A DNA stretch of 64,000 nucleotides from Nitrospinales bacterium. GTDB lineage: Bacteria > Nitrospinota > Nitrospinia > Nitrospinales > VA-1. The stretch spans positions 1,854,365 through 1,918,364 of the forward strand of contig OZ252246.1 of assembly GCA_965249625.1 (NCBI GenBank), read 5' to 3'. How positions within the stretch are numbered: the first letter of the stretch is position 1; every line of letters begins with the position of its first letter. Shown piece by piece: positions 1 through 8,864 of this stretch. Under the pieces are notes generated by a model. That model saw only the letters and a list, made by a program, of their open reading frames with translations. It was not told where the DNA came from and searched no databases. The position numbers were made by a program, and so were the translations under genes.

Positions 1-552
1 AGCCAGTAAACTGAACTCCGGTTGCAGTGACACAATTTTTCCGTATTGAAGACAGCCGTTGATCTGTTGAGCCGAGTAATTGCTGACACCGATATGACGA
101 ATCTTGCCTTTTTCCTGAATCTCCAACAGGGTTTCCATAGTCTCTTTCTGACCCGTTTCCACATCGGGCCAGTGAACCTGATAAAGATCGATCACATCCG
201 TATCCAGACGTTTCAAACTCTGGTCAATTTCTTCCAGAATAGAAGTTCTGCTGGCATCCTTGCGGAGCGAGCTTAAGGATTTCTTATCCCACCGCAATCC
301 ACATTTGGTCGCAAGAATCACTTTATCCCTGAGCGGTTTCAGGGCTTTTCCAATCAACTCCTCAGAATGGCCAAAACCATAAACCGGGGCCGTATCAAAA
401 AAATTAATACCCAGGTCATACGCCTTCCTGATAGAATCCAGCGATTTCCCATCGCCCTCGTTATTCCAGAAGGGTGCTCCACCTATCCCCCACGCACCAA
501 AACCGATCACCGACACTTCAAGATCACTGCTTCCCAGTTTTCTGTATTCCAT
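1..552 (-). CDS. aldo/keto reductase family oxidoreductase (C-terminal part cut by window edge)
   Basis: My own minus-strand translation from ATG at 552..550 gives MEYRKLGSSDLEVSVIGFGAWGIGG...GINFFDTAPVYGFGHSEELIGKAL...DLYQVHWPD...IRHIGVSNY, which are typical AKR N-terminal motifs. The frame stays open to position 1. It is absent from the ORF track because no stop lies inside the window. Confidence 0.85.
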   Translation of the reverse strand, partial: MEYRKLGSSDLEVSVIGFGAWGIGGAPFWNNEGDGKSLDSIRKAYDLGINFFDTAPVYGFGHSEELIGKALKPLRDKVILATKCGLRWDKKSLSSLRKDASRTSILEEIDQSLKRLDTDVIDLYQVHWPDVETGQKETMETLLEIQEKGKIRHIGVSNYSAQQINGCLQYGKIVSLQPEFSLLA

Positions 553-718
553 ATTCTCGTTGAGTTTAAATTTAAGGTTTCAGGTTTTCTCGCAAAAACC
601 ATTTCGCATTATTAAGGTTACTCATTATAATCGTAAGGACACCTCTAAAAATCAGAACCTTTATGCTTTGACAGTTTTTAGAGGCTTTTTTAATTATAGC
701 AGTCCAAACGCTGAAAAC

Positions 719-2443
719 ATGAAATCCCTTGCAAGAGTACTGAGTTATTTAAAACCTTATCAAAAAGGGGTAGCGATGACACTGTTTTTAGCCATCGCCA
801 CCACCCTCCTGGATCTAGTCCCACCCTGGCTGATTAAACTGATTGTCGACAGCCTGGTCGAAGGCGGAGAATCCTTATGGATATACGGACCCATAGCCGG
901 TTTGGCCGGTATTTATCTGACGCGAAACTTCACCAATCACCGGCGCATCATGATCAACAACAAAGTCGAGCAGAGTGTAGTGTTCGATTTAAGGTCAGAC
1001 GTTTATCGTGCGTTGCAGAATTTATCCCTGAACTATTTTGAAAACCGCTCCACCGGCGAGTTGATGTCCCGCGCCAACGATGATGTGACCTATGTCGAGC
1101 GAATTTTTATTGATGGCGTGGAGCAGGTTGTGACCGCGATCCTGACCCTGATCGGGATTTCCATTATACTTTTTTATATGCATTGGAAACTGGCCTTGGT
1201 GGCCCTGCTTCCCATTCCTTTCCTGGCTTATGGCGCATGGATCTACACCGCCAAGGCCCACGACCAGTATCATGTTGTGCGCAAGCGGGCCGCGAAAATG
1301 AATGCTAAGTTGCAGGACTCCATTTCAGGAATCCGCGAAACACTTTCTTTTAACCGCCAGCTTCATGAAGTCAATCAATTTGAAAAACGCAGTCGGGATT
1401 ACTGCGATGGGACTTTGGAAGTCATGCGGTTGTGGGCCTTCTACTCCCCGACCATGATGTTTTTTGGGTCTCTCGGCACAGTTCTGATCCTCCTGTATGG
1501 AGTGGGGCTGGTACAGGCCGGGGATATCACCGTCGGTTCCCTGATCGCTTTCGTAGGCTACTTGGCATTATTTTATACGCCGATCAACCAATTGCATTCG
1601 GTCAATCACATGCTTCAGCACGCACTGGCTTCCGGCGAACGGTTGTTTGAGATCATCGACACGGTGCCCGAGATCCAAGAGATGCCACATGCGATTCTCC
1701 CCTCTACCAATGTCTTGGGCACGATTCAATTTAACCGGGTGGACTTTTCATACATCTCGGGCAAACCCGTCCTTCAAGAAGTTGACTTCACCATTGCCGC
1801 CGGAGAAAAGATAGCTCTGGTCGGTCATACCGGCAGCGGCAAATCCACCATGGTTAAACTGCTCATGCGGTTTTATGATGTCCAGTCAGGAGCCATTCTC
1901 ATTGATGGTCACCGAATAAAAGACCTGAAGCTTTCTTATCTCCGCGAACAGATCGGGCTGGTCGCGCAAGATCCGTTCCTGTTTAATGGCACAGTGGCAG
2001 AAAACATCCTTTACGGGAACATTGAAGCCGACCGGGATCAGATCATTTCAGCCGCTGTCTCAGCACACGCCGACCCCTTTATAAAAAATCTGCCGGAGGG
2101 ATACGACACCATGGTCGGAGAACGGGGAGTCAAACTTTCTGGAGGGGAAAAACACCGCATCGCCATCGCCCGGACTTTTCTGAAAAATCCGCCGATCCTG
2201 GTGCTGGACGAAGCCACCTCATCGGTGGACACTGAAACCGAGAGCCATATCAAACAAGCTCTGGACACGTTGATGGCAGGGCGTACCACTCTGATTGTTG
2301 CGCATCGCCTGTCAACTTTGAAAGGGGCAGACCGTGTTCTGGTCATGAAACAAGGAGAACTGGTTGAAACAGGAGTGCACGATACCTTGATCACCACTGA
2401 CTCAGAATACGCACAACTGTTTTGCCAACAGGTCCACCTCTAA
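719..2443 (+). CDS. ABC exporter, fused permease/ATPase (MsbA-like family)
   Basis: ORF track 560..2443. I moved the start to ATG 719 (MKSLARVLSYLKPYQKG) because the upstream residues look non-coding. A multi-TM exporter domain is followed by Walker A GHTGSGKST, signature LSGGEKHR, Walker B ILVLDEATS and H-loop AHRL. Confidence 0.9.
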   Translation: MKSLARVLSYLKPYQKGVAMTLFLAIATTLLDLVPPWLIKLIVDSLVEGGESLWIYGPIAGLAGIYLTRNFTNHRRIMINNKVEQSVVFDLRSDVYRALQNLSLNYFENRSTGELMSRANDDVTYVERIFIDGVEQVVTAILTLIGISIILFYMHWKLALVALLPIPFLAYGAWIYTAKAHDQYHVVRKRAAKMNAKLQDSISGIRETLSFNRQLHEVNQFEKRSRDYCDGTLEVMRLWAFYSPTMMFFGSLGTVLILLYGVGLVQAGDITVGSLIAFVGYLALFYTPINQLHSVNHMLQHALASGERLFEIIDTVPEIQEMPHAILPSTNVLGTIQFNRVDFSYISGKPVLQEVDFTIAAGEKIALVGHTGSGKSTMVKLLMRFYDVQSGAILIDGHRIKDLKLSYLREQIGLVAQDPFLFNGTVAENILYGNIEADRDQIISAAVSAHADPFIKNLPEGYDTMVGERGVKLSGGEKHRIAIARTFLKNPPILVLDEATSSVDTETESHIKQALDTLMAGRTTLIVAHRLSTLKGADRVLVMKQGELVETGVHDTLITTDSEYAQLFCQQVHL

Positions 2444-2484
2444 GCGGAGAACCTCCGCTGGTAACTAGCAATAGCTTTTCAAGG
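2444..2484. repeat. stop-codon-adjacent hairpin repeat, copy 1
   Basis: GCGGAG-AAC-CTCCGC forms a perfect 6-bp stem starting 1 nt after the TAA stop. About 41 nt (gcggagaacctccgctggtaactagcaatagcttttcaagg) matches the sequence starting 1 nt after the TGA stop at 8173 at roughly 80 percent, aligned by eye. Confidence 0.6.
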
Positions 2485-2541
2485 CTGGCAACAATTCTCC
2501 TTGGCTTGAAGAGTTCCTGATCATTGGGTAGCGTCACGTGT

Positions 2542-2572
2542 GGTGACCCTTCATTAACCCTCATGCCCCGAA
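2542..2572 (-). repeat. REP-like hairpin module M1, left part (interrupted by IS110-family element)
   Basis: gtgacccttcattaaccctcatgccccgaag is the same module as 10349..10387 and 28460..28497. It breaks off in the hairpin loop (ccccgaag) exactly where the IS sequence begins. Confidence 0.7.
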
Positions 2573-3646
2573 GCAACTGTGTTAAATGTCAAGTGCTGGC
2601 AATGAGATTTTCATTCCAGAGTGTTTTTGTTTTGATCATAGTATTGATGATCGTTAATAATTTTCTCATGCATGCAGTAATGGCGACTTTAAAGGGTTTT
2701 CCCTTTTCGATGAGGCGTGTGTAAAAGGTACGAATCAGAGGATTATGTTGCATAGCAGTGACGGCGGTCATGTATAAAGCGGCACGCACATTGGCGCGTC
2801 CGCCCCGGATACACCGGCGGCCCCGGAACTTTCTGCTGTCACGATTGAGTGGAGCAAGACCGATCAGTGCGGCAACTTGCCGCCGGTTTAAGGTTCCTAA
2901 CTCTGGAACACCGGCTAACAGGCGACAATACGGGCCCTGCGCCTGGCAAGCTTTGAATGATCAGGTCGCGCTCATGCCAGACAGAACTGTTCCGGATAGC
3001 TATGGAAAGGTCACCATCGATTTTACGCAAGCGTTTTTTTAAGAGATTCGGTATGCTCCTTAATGTCCTTACGTATCCATTTTGGAGCTTGTTTTAAACG
3101 GGTCTTTTCCCTGGTTAGCATCTCGATCAACTGGCGTCTGCGAGTGACCAGAGCTGAGAGCTTCAGGGATTCTGCATCTTTGATTTTTCTGGCCTCAGGG
3201 CGTATGGCCTTGGCAAAATGGGCCAGCACAAGAGAATCAATGACATCCGTTTTTGCCAGTTTTCCGATGGCTTTGGCAAAATCACGAACTTGCCGTGGGT
3301 TGACCATGGCTACTGGCAGTCGACCCGCAGCCAAGGCCGAGGCCAGCGGGAGCTCCAAACCGCCTGTGGCTTCCAGAACAATTAATGGAGGGTTTAAGGC
3401 GGATAAACTCTCGACCAAACCAGCAATCCCTTCCTCATTGTCAGCGGTTTGCCAGGTTTCTTGAGTCATGCTGTCAGCGGCATCCAGATGGTGTTTGGAA
3501 ATATCGATGCCAATAAAATGCGCTTTCTGATTCATAATTTGGTCTCCCAGCCTTGTCGATGCGGGCTCAGTGGCCCAGGCAACTGTTCGGGTTAATCAAA
3601 ACAGGACACAACGACCTGCGCTCCAGGACGGGTTTAATAACCCAAG
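2573..3646 (-). mobile_element. IS110-family insertion sequence (decayed), inserted in an M1 hairpin
   Basis: It contains the IS110-type transposase reading frames. The boundaries are inferred from the flanks. Joining left flank ...catgccccgaag to right flank ggggtaaacgatc recreates an intact M1 hairpin (compare catgcccctaaaggggtaaaacgctc at 28481..). The triplet aag occurs at both junctions (2570..2572 and 3644..3646). Confidence 0.7.
2589..3535 (-). pseudogene. IS110-family (DEDD/RuvC-like) transposase, at least two frameshifts
   Basis: Three minus-strand ORF pieces make up the gene. Piece 3023..3535 is the N-terminal domain (FIGIDISKHHLD, VLEATGGLE, KTDVID). Piece 2839..3030 reads IRNSSVWHERDLIIQSLPGAGPV. 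Piece 2589..2789 is the C-terminal domain (RAALYMTAVTAMQHNPLIRTFYTRLIEKGKPFKVAITACMRKLL). My own translation of a third frame across about 2790..2925 gives VPELGTLNRRQVAALIGLAPLNRDSRKFRGRRCIRGG and bridges the pieces. One frame change sits at an A7/T7 run near 3033..3039. Confidence 0.8.
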
Positions 3647-3728
3647 GGGTAAACGATCTATTGTGCCCTGAATCGAATCCTGTGAGCTTGTGGAAAACAC
3701 AAAACCGGCTTCCCACAGGACTCACAGG
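3647..3728. repeat. right half of interrupted M1 hairpin plus an adjacent inverted repeat
   Basis: ggggtaaacgatc completes the M1 stem. CCTGTGAG (3679..3686) pairs with CTCACAGG (3721..3728), and an inner cttgtgg/ccacagg pairing extends the stem. Confidence 0.5.
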
Positions 3729-3789
3729 TTCTTTGGACGGACTACTGAAAGTTGAAACCTTTCAAGAAGAATACACCCAGAAACAGAAA

Positions 3790-4026
3790 ATGATCACAGT
3801 CCGAGTTGAGGGCACAGGAGGAGGCATTCCCCATGAAGTTTTTGAAAATATTTTTAATCCCTTTTTCACCACTAAACATACGGGAACCGGGCTCGGACTT
3901 TCCATCTGTCGGAAAATTATAGAGAATCATGGCGGAACAATTCGGGTGGAAAACCAATTAGGTAAAGGGGTTATCGTCTATCTCCATTTACCGTTGCAAA
4001 ACAGCCCCGATTATTATAAAAACTAG
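3790..4026 (+). pseudogene. histidine kinase remnant (C-terminal HATPase_c tail only)
   Basis: Only the last part of ORF 3553..4026 is kinase-like: ITVRVEGTGGGIPHEVFENIFNPFFTTKHTGTGLGLSICRKIIENHGGTIRVENQLGKG (G1/F/G2 boxes). No H-box, N-box or sensor region is present. The upstream part of the ORF runs over IS and repeat sequence. Confidence 0.7.
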
Positions 4027-4100
4027 TGTCCTTCTGTCATGGTGAATCCATTTTCTTTTTCCAGGATCCTTGACCTGAAACCATAAAAGCAAAACTAAAC

Positions 4101-4466
4101 ATGAAAACCATCCTCGTTGTTGATGACGAACAAAATATCAGGTTTCTTTACAAGGAAGAGCTTGAAGATGCCGGTTACCAGGTTTCGGTGGCTGCCACCG
4201 GCGAAGAAGCTCTGAAAATGTTAGATAAGCAGGCTCCGGACCTCATTATCCTGGACATCAAAACGCCTGGAATGGACGGCATTGAGGTCATGCGAAAAAT
4301 CAAGGATGATAAAGGCGATATTCCCATAATACTTTGTTCTGCTTATGGCCAGTACAAGCAGGACTTTGGAGTATGGGCCTCGGATGCCTATGTGGTCAAA
4401 TCAGCGGACCTCAGGGAACTGAAACTCACCATCAAGGAGATTTTCAATCAGCTGAAAGCGGGTTGA
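4101..4466 (+). CDS. single-domain response regulator (CheY-like receiver)
   Basis: MKTILVVDDEQNIR..., phospho-acceptor context DLIILDIKTPGMDG, and conserved Lys in YVVKS. At 121 aa it has no output domain. Confidence 0.9.
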   Translation: MKTILVVDDEQNIRFLYKEELEDAGYQVSVAATGEEALKMLDKQAPDLIILDIKTPGMDGIEVMRKIKDDKGDIPIILCSAYGQYKQDFGVWASDAYVVKSADLRELKLTIKEIFNQLKAG

Positions 4467-4476
4467 TCAGAATAAA

Positions 4477-5127
4477 ATGGCCAAGCAAACCATCGAACCC
4501 AGATTCATTGCTGTTGAAGGTGCTATAGGCGCAGGCAAAACATCTTTGGTCAGCCTCCTTAAACAACAATATGGCGCCCGGGTGATTCTGGAGGAGAATG
4601 ACTCCAATCCCTTTATCGCGAAATTTTATGAGGATCAGGAGACCTACTCCTTTCAAACCCAGATTTTTTTTTTACTGAACCGTTACAATCAGTATATGGA
4701 GCTAGCGCAGAGAGACCTGTTTAACTCCGTGGTCGTGATCGACTACCTGTTTCAACGCGACAAAATATTCGCACAACTCAACCTGGAAGATCACGAGTAT
4801 CGCCTGTATGAACAAATCTTCAACCTACTCGGCCACAAAGCTCCGAAACCCGATTTAGTCATTTTTTTGCAGGCCAGCACCGAAGTGTTGATGGAGAGAG
4901 TTTCCAAAAGAGGCCGGGATTATGAAGCTTTTATGGACCCCGATTATCTTGATTCGGTGAACAAGGCTTTCAATAATTTCTTTTTTTACTACTCCGACAC
5001 ACCGCTTTTGGTCATAAATACCAATGAAATCGACTTTGTTGAAAAAAAATGTGACCTGGAAGAGTTGATTAACAAGATCAACAGCCATAAAATAGGCAGA
5101 GAATATTATAACCCGCTTGGATCCTAA
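4477..5127 (+). CDS. deoxynucleoside kinase family protein
   Basis: P-loop IAVEGAIGAGKTSL. The dNK-like layout includes NPFIAKFYED, the DYLFQRDKIFA motif region and the lid region ERVSKRGRDYE. Confidence 0.8.
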   Translation: MAKQTIEPRFIAVEGAIGAGKTSLVSLLKQQYGARVILEENDSNPFIAKFYEDQETYSFQTQIFFLLNRYNQYMELAQRDLFNSVVVIDYLFQRDKIFAQLNLEDHEYRLYEQIFNLLGHKAPKPDLVIFLQASTEVLMERVSKRGRDYEAFMDPDYLDSVNKAFNNFFFYYSDTPLLVINTNEIDFVEKKCDLEELINKINSHKIGREYYNPLGS

Positions 5128-5305
5128 CGGACCGGGACGGAGTAAGCTTCATAAATCAAGGCGAACGTAATTCGGGGACCCCATTGGCGGCCTCAAAATT
5201 TTTCATAGCGTTCTCCATGCTACGCTGCTCCCACAGCATTTGCTGCTGGTTTCATTTTTTGATCCCCCCCCCGTTTGGCCTCAAGCCTTATCCGTATAAA
5301 AAATC

Positions 5306-6151
5306 ATGGATAACAGGCCTGTCACCGTCCCTGAAATTTCAGGGAGAAAAAATTCAGGGAAAAAGATCACCGCCCTGACCGCTTGCGATTACAGCTTCGC
5401 GAAACTCCTCGACGCAACAGATTTAGACATCATTCTGGTGGGAGATTCCTTAGGGATGGTTTCACTCGGCCATGAGAACACCCTCGCAGTGACCATGGAA
5501 AACATGGTTGACCATACCCGCGCCGTCAAACAAGGCGTCCAGCGTGCACTGGTTGTGGGCGATATGCCGTTCATGTCCTATCAGGTTTCAGTGGAACAGG
5601 CAGTTACTAACGCTGGCCGCCTGATTCAGGAAGGCGGGGCCTCCGCCGTCAAACTTGAAGGGGGAGCCCGCGTGTCCGACAGGGTTCAGGCGATTGTTCA
5701 GGCGGGAATTCCCGTCATGGGCCATATTGGCTTGACCCCGCAGTCCGTCCATCAATTTGGTGGCTACAAAGTGCAGGGCAAAAACTATCTCGACTCCCGG
5801 CAAATCAAGCAGGATGCGCACGATCTGCAAAACGCCGGCATCTTTGCTCTGGTTCTGGAGGGCATCCCCGGTGGACTTGCAGAAGAAATCACCGCCGAAT
5901 TAAAAACACCGACCATCGGTATTGGGGCCGGCTCTAAATGTGACGGACAGATTCTGGTGCTTCACGACCTGCTCGGACTGAATCAGGACTTCGTGCCCAA
6001 ATTCGTAAAACAATATGCCCAACTGGCTGATAGCCTGAAGGACGCGGTTTCCGAATACATACAGGACGTCAGGAGCGAAACGTTTCCGGGGCAGGAACAT
6101 ACCTATCACTCGAAACAGGGAAAACTCAAACAGGTCAACGATGGGGACTAA
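5306..6151 (+). CDS. panB: 3-methyl-2-oxobutanoate hydroxymethyltransferase
   Basis: KITALTACDYSFAKLLD, ILVGDSLGMV, VVGDMPFMSY, AVKLEGG, PVMGHIGLTPQS and LVLEGIP. It is followed by panC and panD. Confidence 0.92.
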   Translation: MDNRPVTVPEISGRKNSGKKITALTACDYSFAKLLDATDLDIILVGDSLGMVSLGHENTLAVTMENMVDHTRAVKQGVQRALVVGDMPFMSYQVSVEQAVTNAGRLIQEGGASAVKLEGGARVSDRVQAIVQAGIPVMGHIGLTPQSVHQFGGYKVQGKNYLDSRQIKQDAHDLQNAGIFALVLEGIPGGLAEEITAELKTPTIGIGAGSKCDGQILVLHDLLGLNQDFVPKFVKQYAQLADSLKDAVSEYIQDVRSETFPGQEHTYHSKQGKLKQVNDGD

Positions 6152-7016
6152 AATTAAATCTCGAACCTTGCGAGAAATATCCTCCATTTCCGAAATGAAA
6201 GATATTTCTCAATCGTTGCGGAAACAGAACCTGACTATAGGGTTTGTGCCGACTATGGGTTGCCTCCATGCAGGTCATTTAAACCTGGTCAAAAGATCAT
6301 TGGAAACCTGTGACCGAACCGTGGTCAGTATTTTTGTCAACCCCACTCAGTTTGGTCCCAACGAAGATCTTGATACCTACCCACGCCAGTTGGAGAACGA
6401 CATCGAAAAGCTGGAGACAATAGGCACCGACATTATGTTCCATCCAACCAAAGAGGAGATGTATCCACCCGACTACAAAACCTATGTAGAAGTGCAGAAC
6501 ATCACCGAACAGCTATGCGGCGACAGTCGACCCGATCTTTTTGAGGGAGTCAGCACAGTGGTGTTAAAACTGTTCAATATCGTTCGGCCCCACAACGCTC
6601 ACTTTGGCGAGAAAGACTGGCAACAGCTTGCCGTCATTGAGGCTCTGGTTGAGGATTTAAACCTTGATGTTGCCATCATCCGTGTCCCAATTGTAAGGGA
6701 ACCTGATGGACTTGCCATAAGTTCCAGAAACCGCTATTTGTCACCTCAAGAGAGACAATCCGCGCTGTCTTTATCGCGTTCGCTTCAGCAGGCCCGGGAC
6801 AATATTCGCCGGGGAACTACTTCGGCAAAAGCGATCAGCGATTCAATCCGGCAATGCCTGTCCGAGCAAGAAGGAACAGAAGTCGACTATATTTCCGTTT
6901 GTGACCCGGAAAGTTTCAAGGAAAAAGAACAAATTCGTGGTAGAACGCTGATCGCCCTCGCGGTGAAGGTCGGCCCGTCACGGCTCATTGACAATTGCAT
7001 TATCGAGGAGTTCTGA
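6141..7016 (+). CDS. panC: pantoate--beta-alanine ligase
   Basis: IGFVPTMGCLHAGHLNLV, VVSIFVNPTQF, AHFGEKDWQQL and LAISSRNRYL. It overlaps the panB stop by 11 nt and the panD start by 1 nt (the A shared by TGA and ATG). Confidence 0.9.
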   Translation: MGTKIKSRTLREISSISEMKDISQSLRKQNLTIGFVPTMGCLHAGHLNLVKRSLETCDRTVVSIFVNPTQFGPNEDLDTYPRQLENDIEKLETIGTDIMFHPTKEEMYPPDYKTYVEVQNITEQLCGDSRPDLFEGVSTVVLKLFNIVRPHNAHFGEKDWQQLAVIEALVEDLNLDVAIIRVPIVREPDGLAISSRNRYLSPQERQSALSLSRSLQQARDNIRRGTTSAKAISDSIRQCLSEQEGTEVDYISVCDPESFKEKEQIRGRTLIALAVKVGPSRLIDNCIIEEF

Positions 7017-7369
7017 TGCAAAGAATTATGCTTAAATCCAAACTTCACCGTGCCCGGGTAACGGCAACGGAGATTGATTATGAAGGCAGTATCGCCATTG
7101 ATGAAAACCTGTTGGAAAGAGTCGGCATTCTGCCCCTTGAACAGGTCCACATCTATAACATTAACACCGGAGGCCGGTTCGTCACCTACGTCATCACCGC
7201 CGAACGGGGATCCGGGATTTTTTCAATCAATGGTGCGGCCGCCCGTCTGGCGCGGATAAATGATCGTATCATCGTTGCGGCTTATGGTATGATAGATACC
7301 GAACAAGAAAACCATAATGCCCAAGTAGTTCTTCTCGACGAGAGCAATAAAATCGTTGAAGGCCAATGA
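7016..7369 (+). CDS. panD: aspartate 1-decarboxylase
   Basis: MLKSKLHRARVTATEIDYEGSIAIDENLL contains the Gly-Ser self-processing site. I moved the start to ATG 7016, which overlaps the panC TGA, rather than the track start at 6995. Confidence 0.9.
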   Translation: MQRIMLKSKLHRARVTATEIDYEGSIAIDENLLERVGILPLEQVHIYNINTGGRFVTYVITAERGSGIFSINGAAARLARINDRIIVAAYGMIDTEQENHNAQVVLLDESNKIVEGQ

Positions 7370-7419
7370 GCATTTATTAAGTTTGTCCCAATAGTCCCTT
7401 TTACAAAAAAGAGGTTATC

Positions 7420-8172
7420 TTGCCCGATCTTTTTATATATGGCGCCGCCGGGTTCATGGTCTGGATGTGTCTGGACTGCATCCAGCGCCGCGAACATTTT
7501 ATCTGGATCATTATCATGATCATCCTCTTCCCCGTAGGGGCAGTTGCCTATTTCTTTGTGGTGAAAAACCGCGCCGGAGGAGAAGGTAAAACCGGGTTCT
7601 CCATCACTCCCATCCGCAAAGAAGTTGAAACGGAAGAAACCCTGCAGCTCAAGGAACTGATCGGAAAACACCACAAAGCCTATCATTATGAAAAGCTTGG
7701 GCAGGTCTATATCGAGCAGAAAAAGTTTGAGCAGGCAATTCCCGAGTTTGAGGAAGCCATCCAACGCGACCCGGAAATGCTGGAAGCCCGTTATGGTCTG
7801 GCTAAAAGCCTTCACGGAATGGGCAACTATGCAGAAGCCGCCGTTGCTCTGGAAAAACTGACCGCCATTGAAAAAAAATACGACTATGGCAATGCAATAT
7901 TTGGCCTCGCAGAAAGCTACCGCTTGTCCGGCAATGAAGAAAAAGCTCTGGAAACATATCGTGAAGTCATAAACTCCTTCCACTTTTTTAAGGCCTATTA
8001 CCACTACGCCCGGCTTCTCGACAAAAGAGGAAAAAAACAGGAAGCCATCGACCACATGAAAAGTATTGTCGGCTCTTCCAAAGACCTGCCCGACTACAAA
8101 CTCGAAAAAGAGCGGTTCTGGATTGATGAGGCTTATAAATTTCTAAGAAAAAATGGGATTGAGCTGGCCTGA
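7420..8172 (+). CDS. membrane-anchored TPR-repeat protein with PLD-nuclease N-terminal-like (PLDc_N) hydrophobic head
   Basis: The N-terminus FMVWMCLDCIQRREHFIWIIIMIILFPVGAVAYFFV is followed by TPR-like helices (KLGQVYIEQKKFEQAIPEFEEAIQRDPEMLEARYGLAKSL...). The start is TTG in the track, and the exact start is uncertain. Confidence 0.7.
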   Translation: MPDLFIYGAAGFMVWMCLDCIQRREHFIWIIIMIILFPVGAVAYFFVVKNRAGGEGKTGFSITPIRKEVETEETLQLKELIGKHHKAYHYEKLGQVYIEQKKFEQAIPEFEEAIQRDPEMLEARYGLAKSLHGMGNYAEAAVALEKLTAIEKKYDYGNAIFGLAESYRLSGNEEKALETYREVINSFHFFKAYYHYARLLDKRGKKQEAIDHMKSIVGSSKDLPDYKLEKERFWIDEAYKFLRKNGIELA

Positions 8173-8213
8173 GCGTAGAACCTCCGCAGGCATTAGCACT
8201 AGCTTTTTAAACC
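8173..8213. repeat. stop-codon-adjacent hairpin repeat, copy 2
   Basis: gcgtagaacctccgcaggcattagcactagctttttaaacc starts 1 nt after the TGA stop at 8170..8172. It is homologous to 2444..2484. Confidence 0.6.
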
Positions 8214-8301
8214 GAGAGCACCGTAGTTAGCCAGACAAGTCCAGGCTTATTGGCCCCACCTGAGCGGGGAAAGTAAAACCCACTTGTGGGGTTCAAAAAT
8301 C

Positions 8302-8499
8302 ATGACAGTCCTTTCTGAAAATCTAAAAACCCTCAGAAAAAAACTCAACTGCACACAGATGGCCCTTTCAGAAGCCCTCGAAATCGGATTCAGGACCTAT
8401 GTCCGATACGAAGCAGGGGAAAGAAACGCGCCGGTCATGGTCAAACTTGCCAAACTGGGGAACGTGTCGCTCGACCGCCTGCGCGTCATCCTGAGCTAG
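8302..8499 (+). CDS. XRE-family helix-turn-helix protein (short)
   Basis: LKTLRKKLNCTQMALSEALEIGFRTYVRYEAGERNAP is a Cro/C1-type HTH. I prefer the ATG at 8302. The last codons (RVILS) run into a gtcatcctgag-type repeat module, so the C-terminus may be repeat-derived. Confidence 0.6.
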   Translation: MTVLSENLKTLRKKLNCTQMALSEALEIGFRTYVRYEAGERNAPVMVKLAKLGNVSLDRLRVILS

Positions 8500-8600
8500 T
8501 GATAATTAACCGTTGATTTCTTGCCCCGCAGGGGTATGTCGAAGGATCAATCCCTCACTTTATCTGACAAAACAAAAAACTTGAGGAACGTTCATGCAAA

Positions 8601-8813
8601 CTATTCCACTGCCAGATTGGAAATATCATCTCCCAATTCCCGTAGGGCTTTGCTAATGAATACACCACCTACCCCGCCAACAACCGCCCCAACAGGTCTG
8701 CCAATTAAAAATCCAGTTACTCCTCCAATTGCAGACCCGGTTGCATCAGATCCCAAACTGATCAAGTTTCTAAGTTTTCCTTGGATTTCTTTTTGATCAG
8801 GATGCTCACTCAT
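8601..8813 (-). CDS. small glycine-zipper-like membrane protein (hypothetical)
   Basis: The Gly-rich hydrophobic core GSAIGGVTGFLIGRPVGAVVGGVGGVFI resembles glycine-zipper segments. There is no other support. Confidence 0.4.
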   Translation of the reverse strand: MSEHPDQKEIQGKLRNLISLGSDATGSAIGGVTGFLIGRPVGAVVGGVGGVFISKALRELGDDISNLAVE

Positions 8814-8864
8814 TTAATTGGTCGTTCCAGGGGTTGTTCATCCTTTAAAGGGGTCAAGTCTTTT

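Noticed and set aside
3063-3464. 133-aa plus-strand ORF, together with the N-terminal part of ORF 3553..4026
   Set aside because: The first is antisense to the IS110 transposase. The first ~79 codons of 3553..4026 run across IS and repeat sequence and carry no kinase homology.
7282-8055. 257-aa minus-strand ORF
   Set aside because: It is antisense to the TPR gene 7420..8172. It is Phe/Gly-rich and low-complexity, with no motifs.
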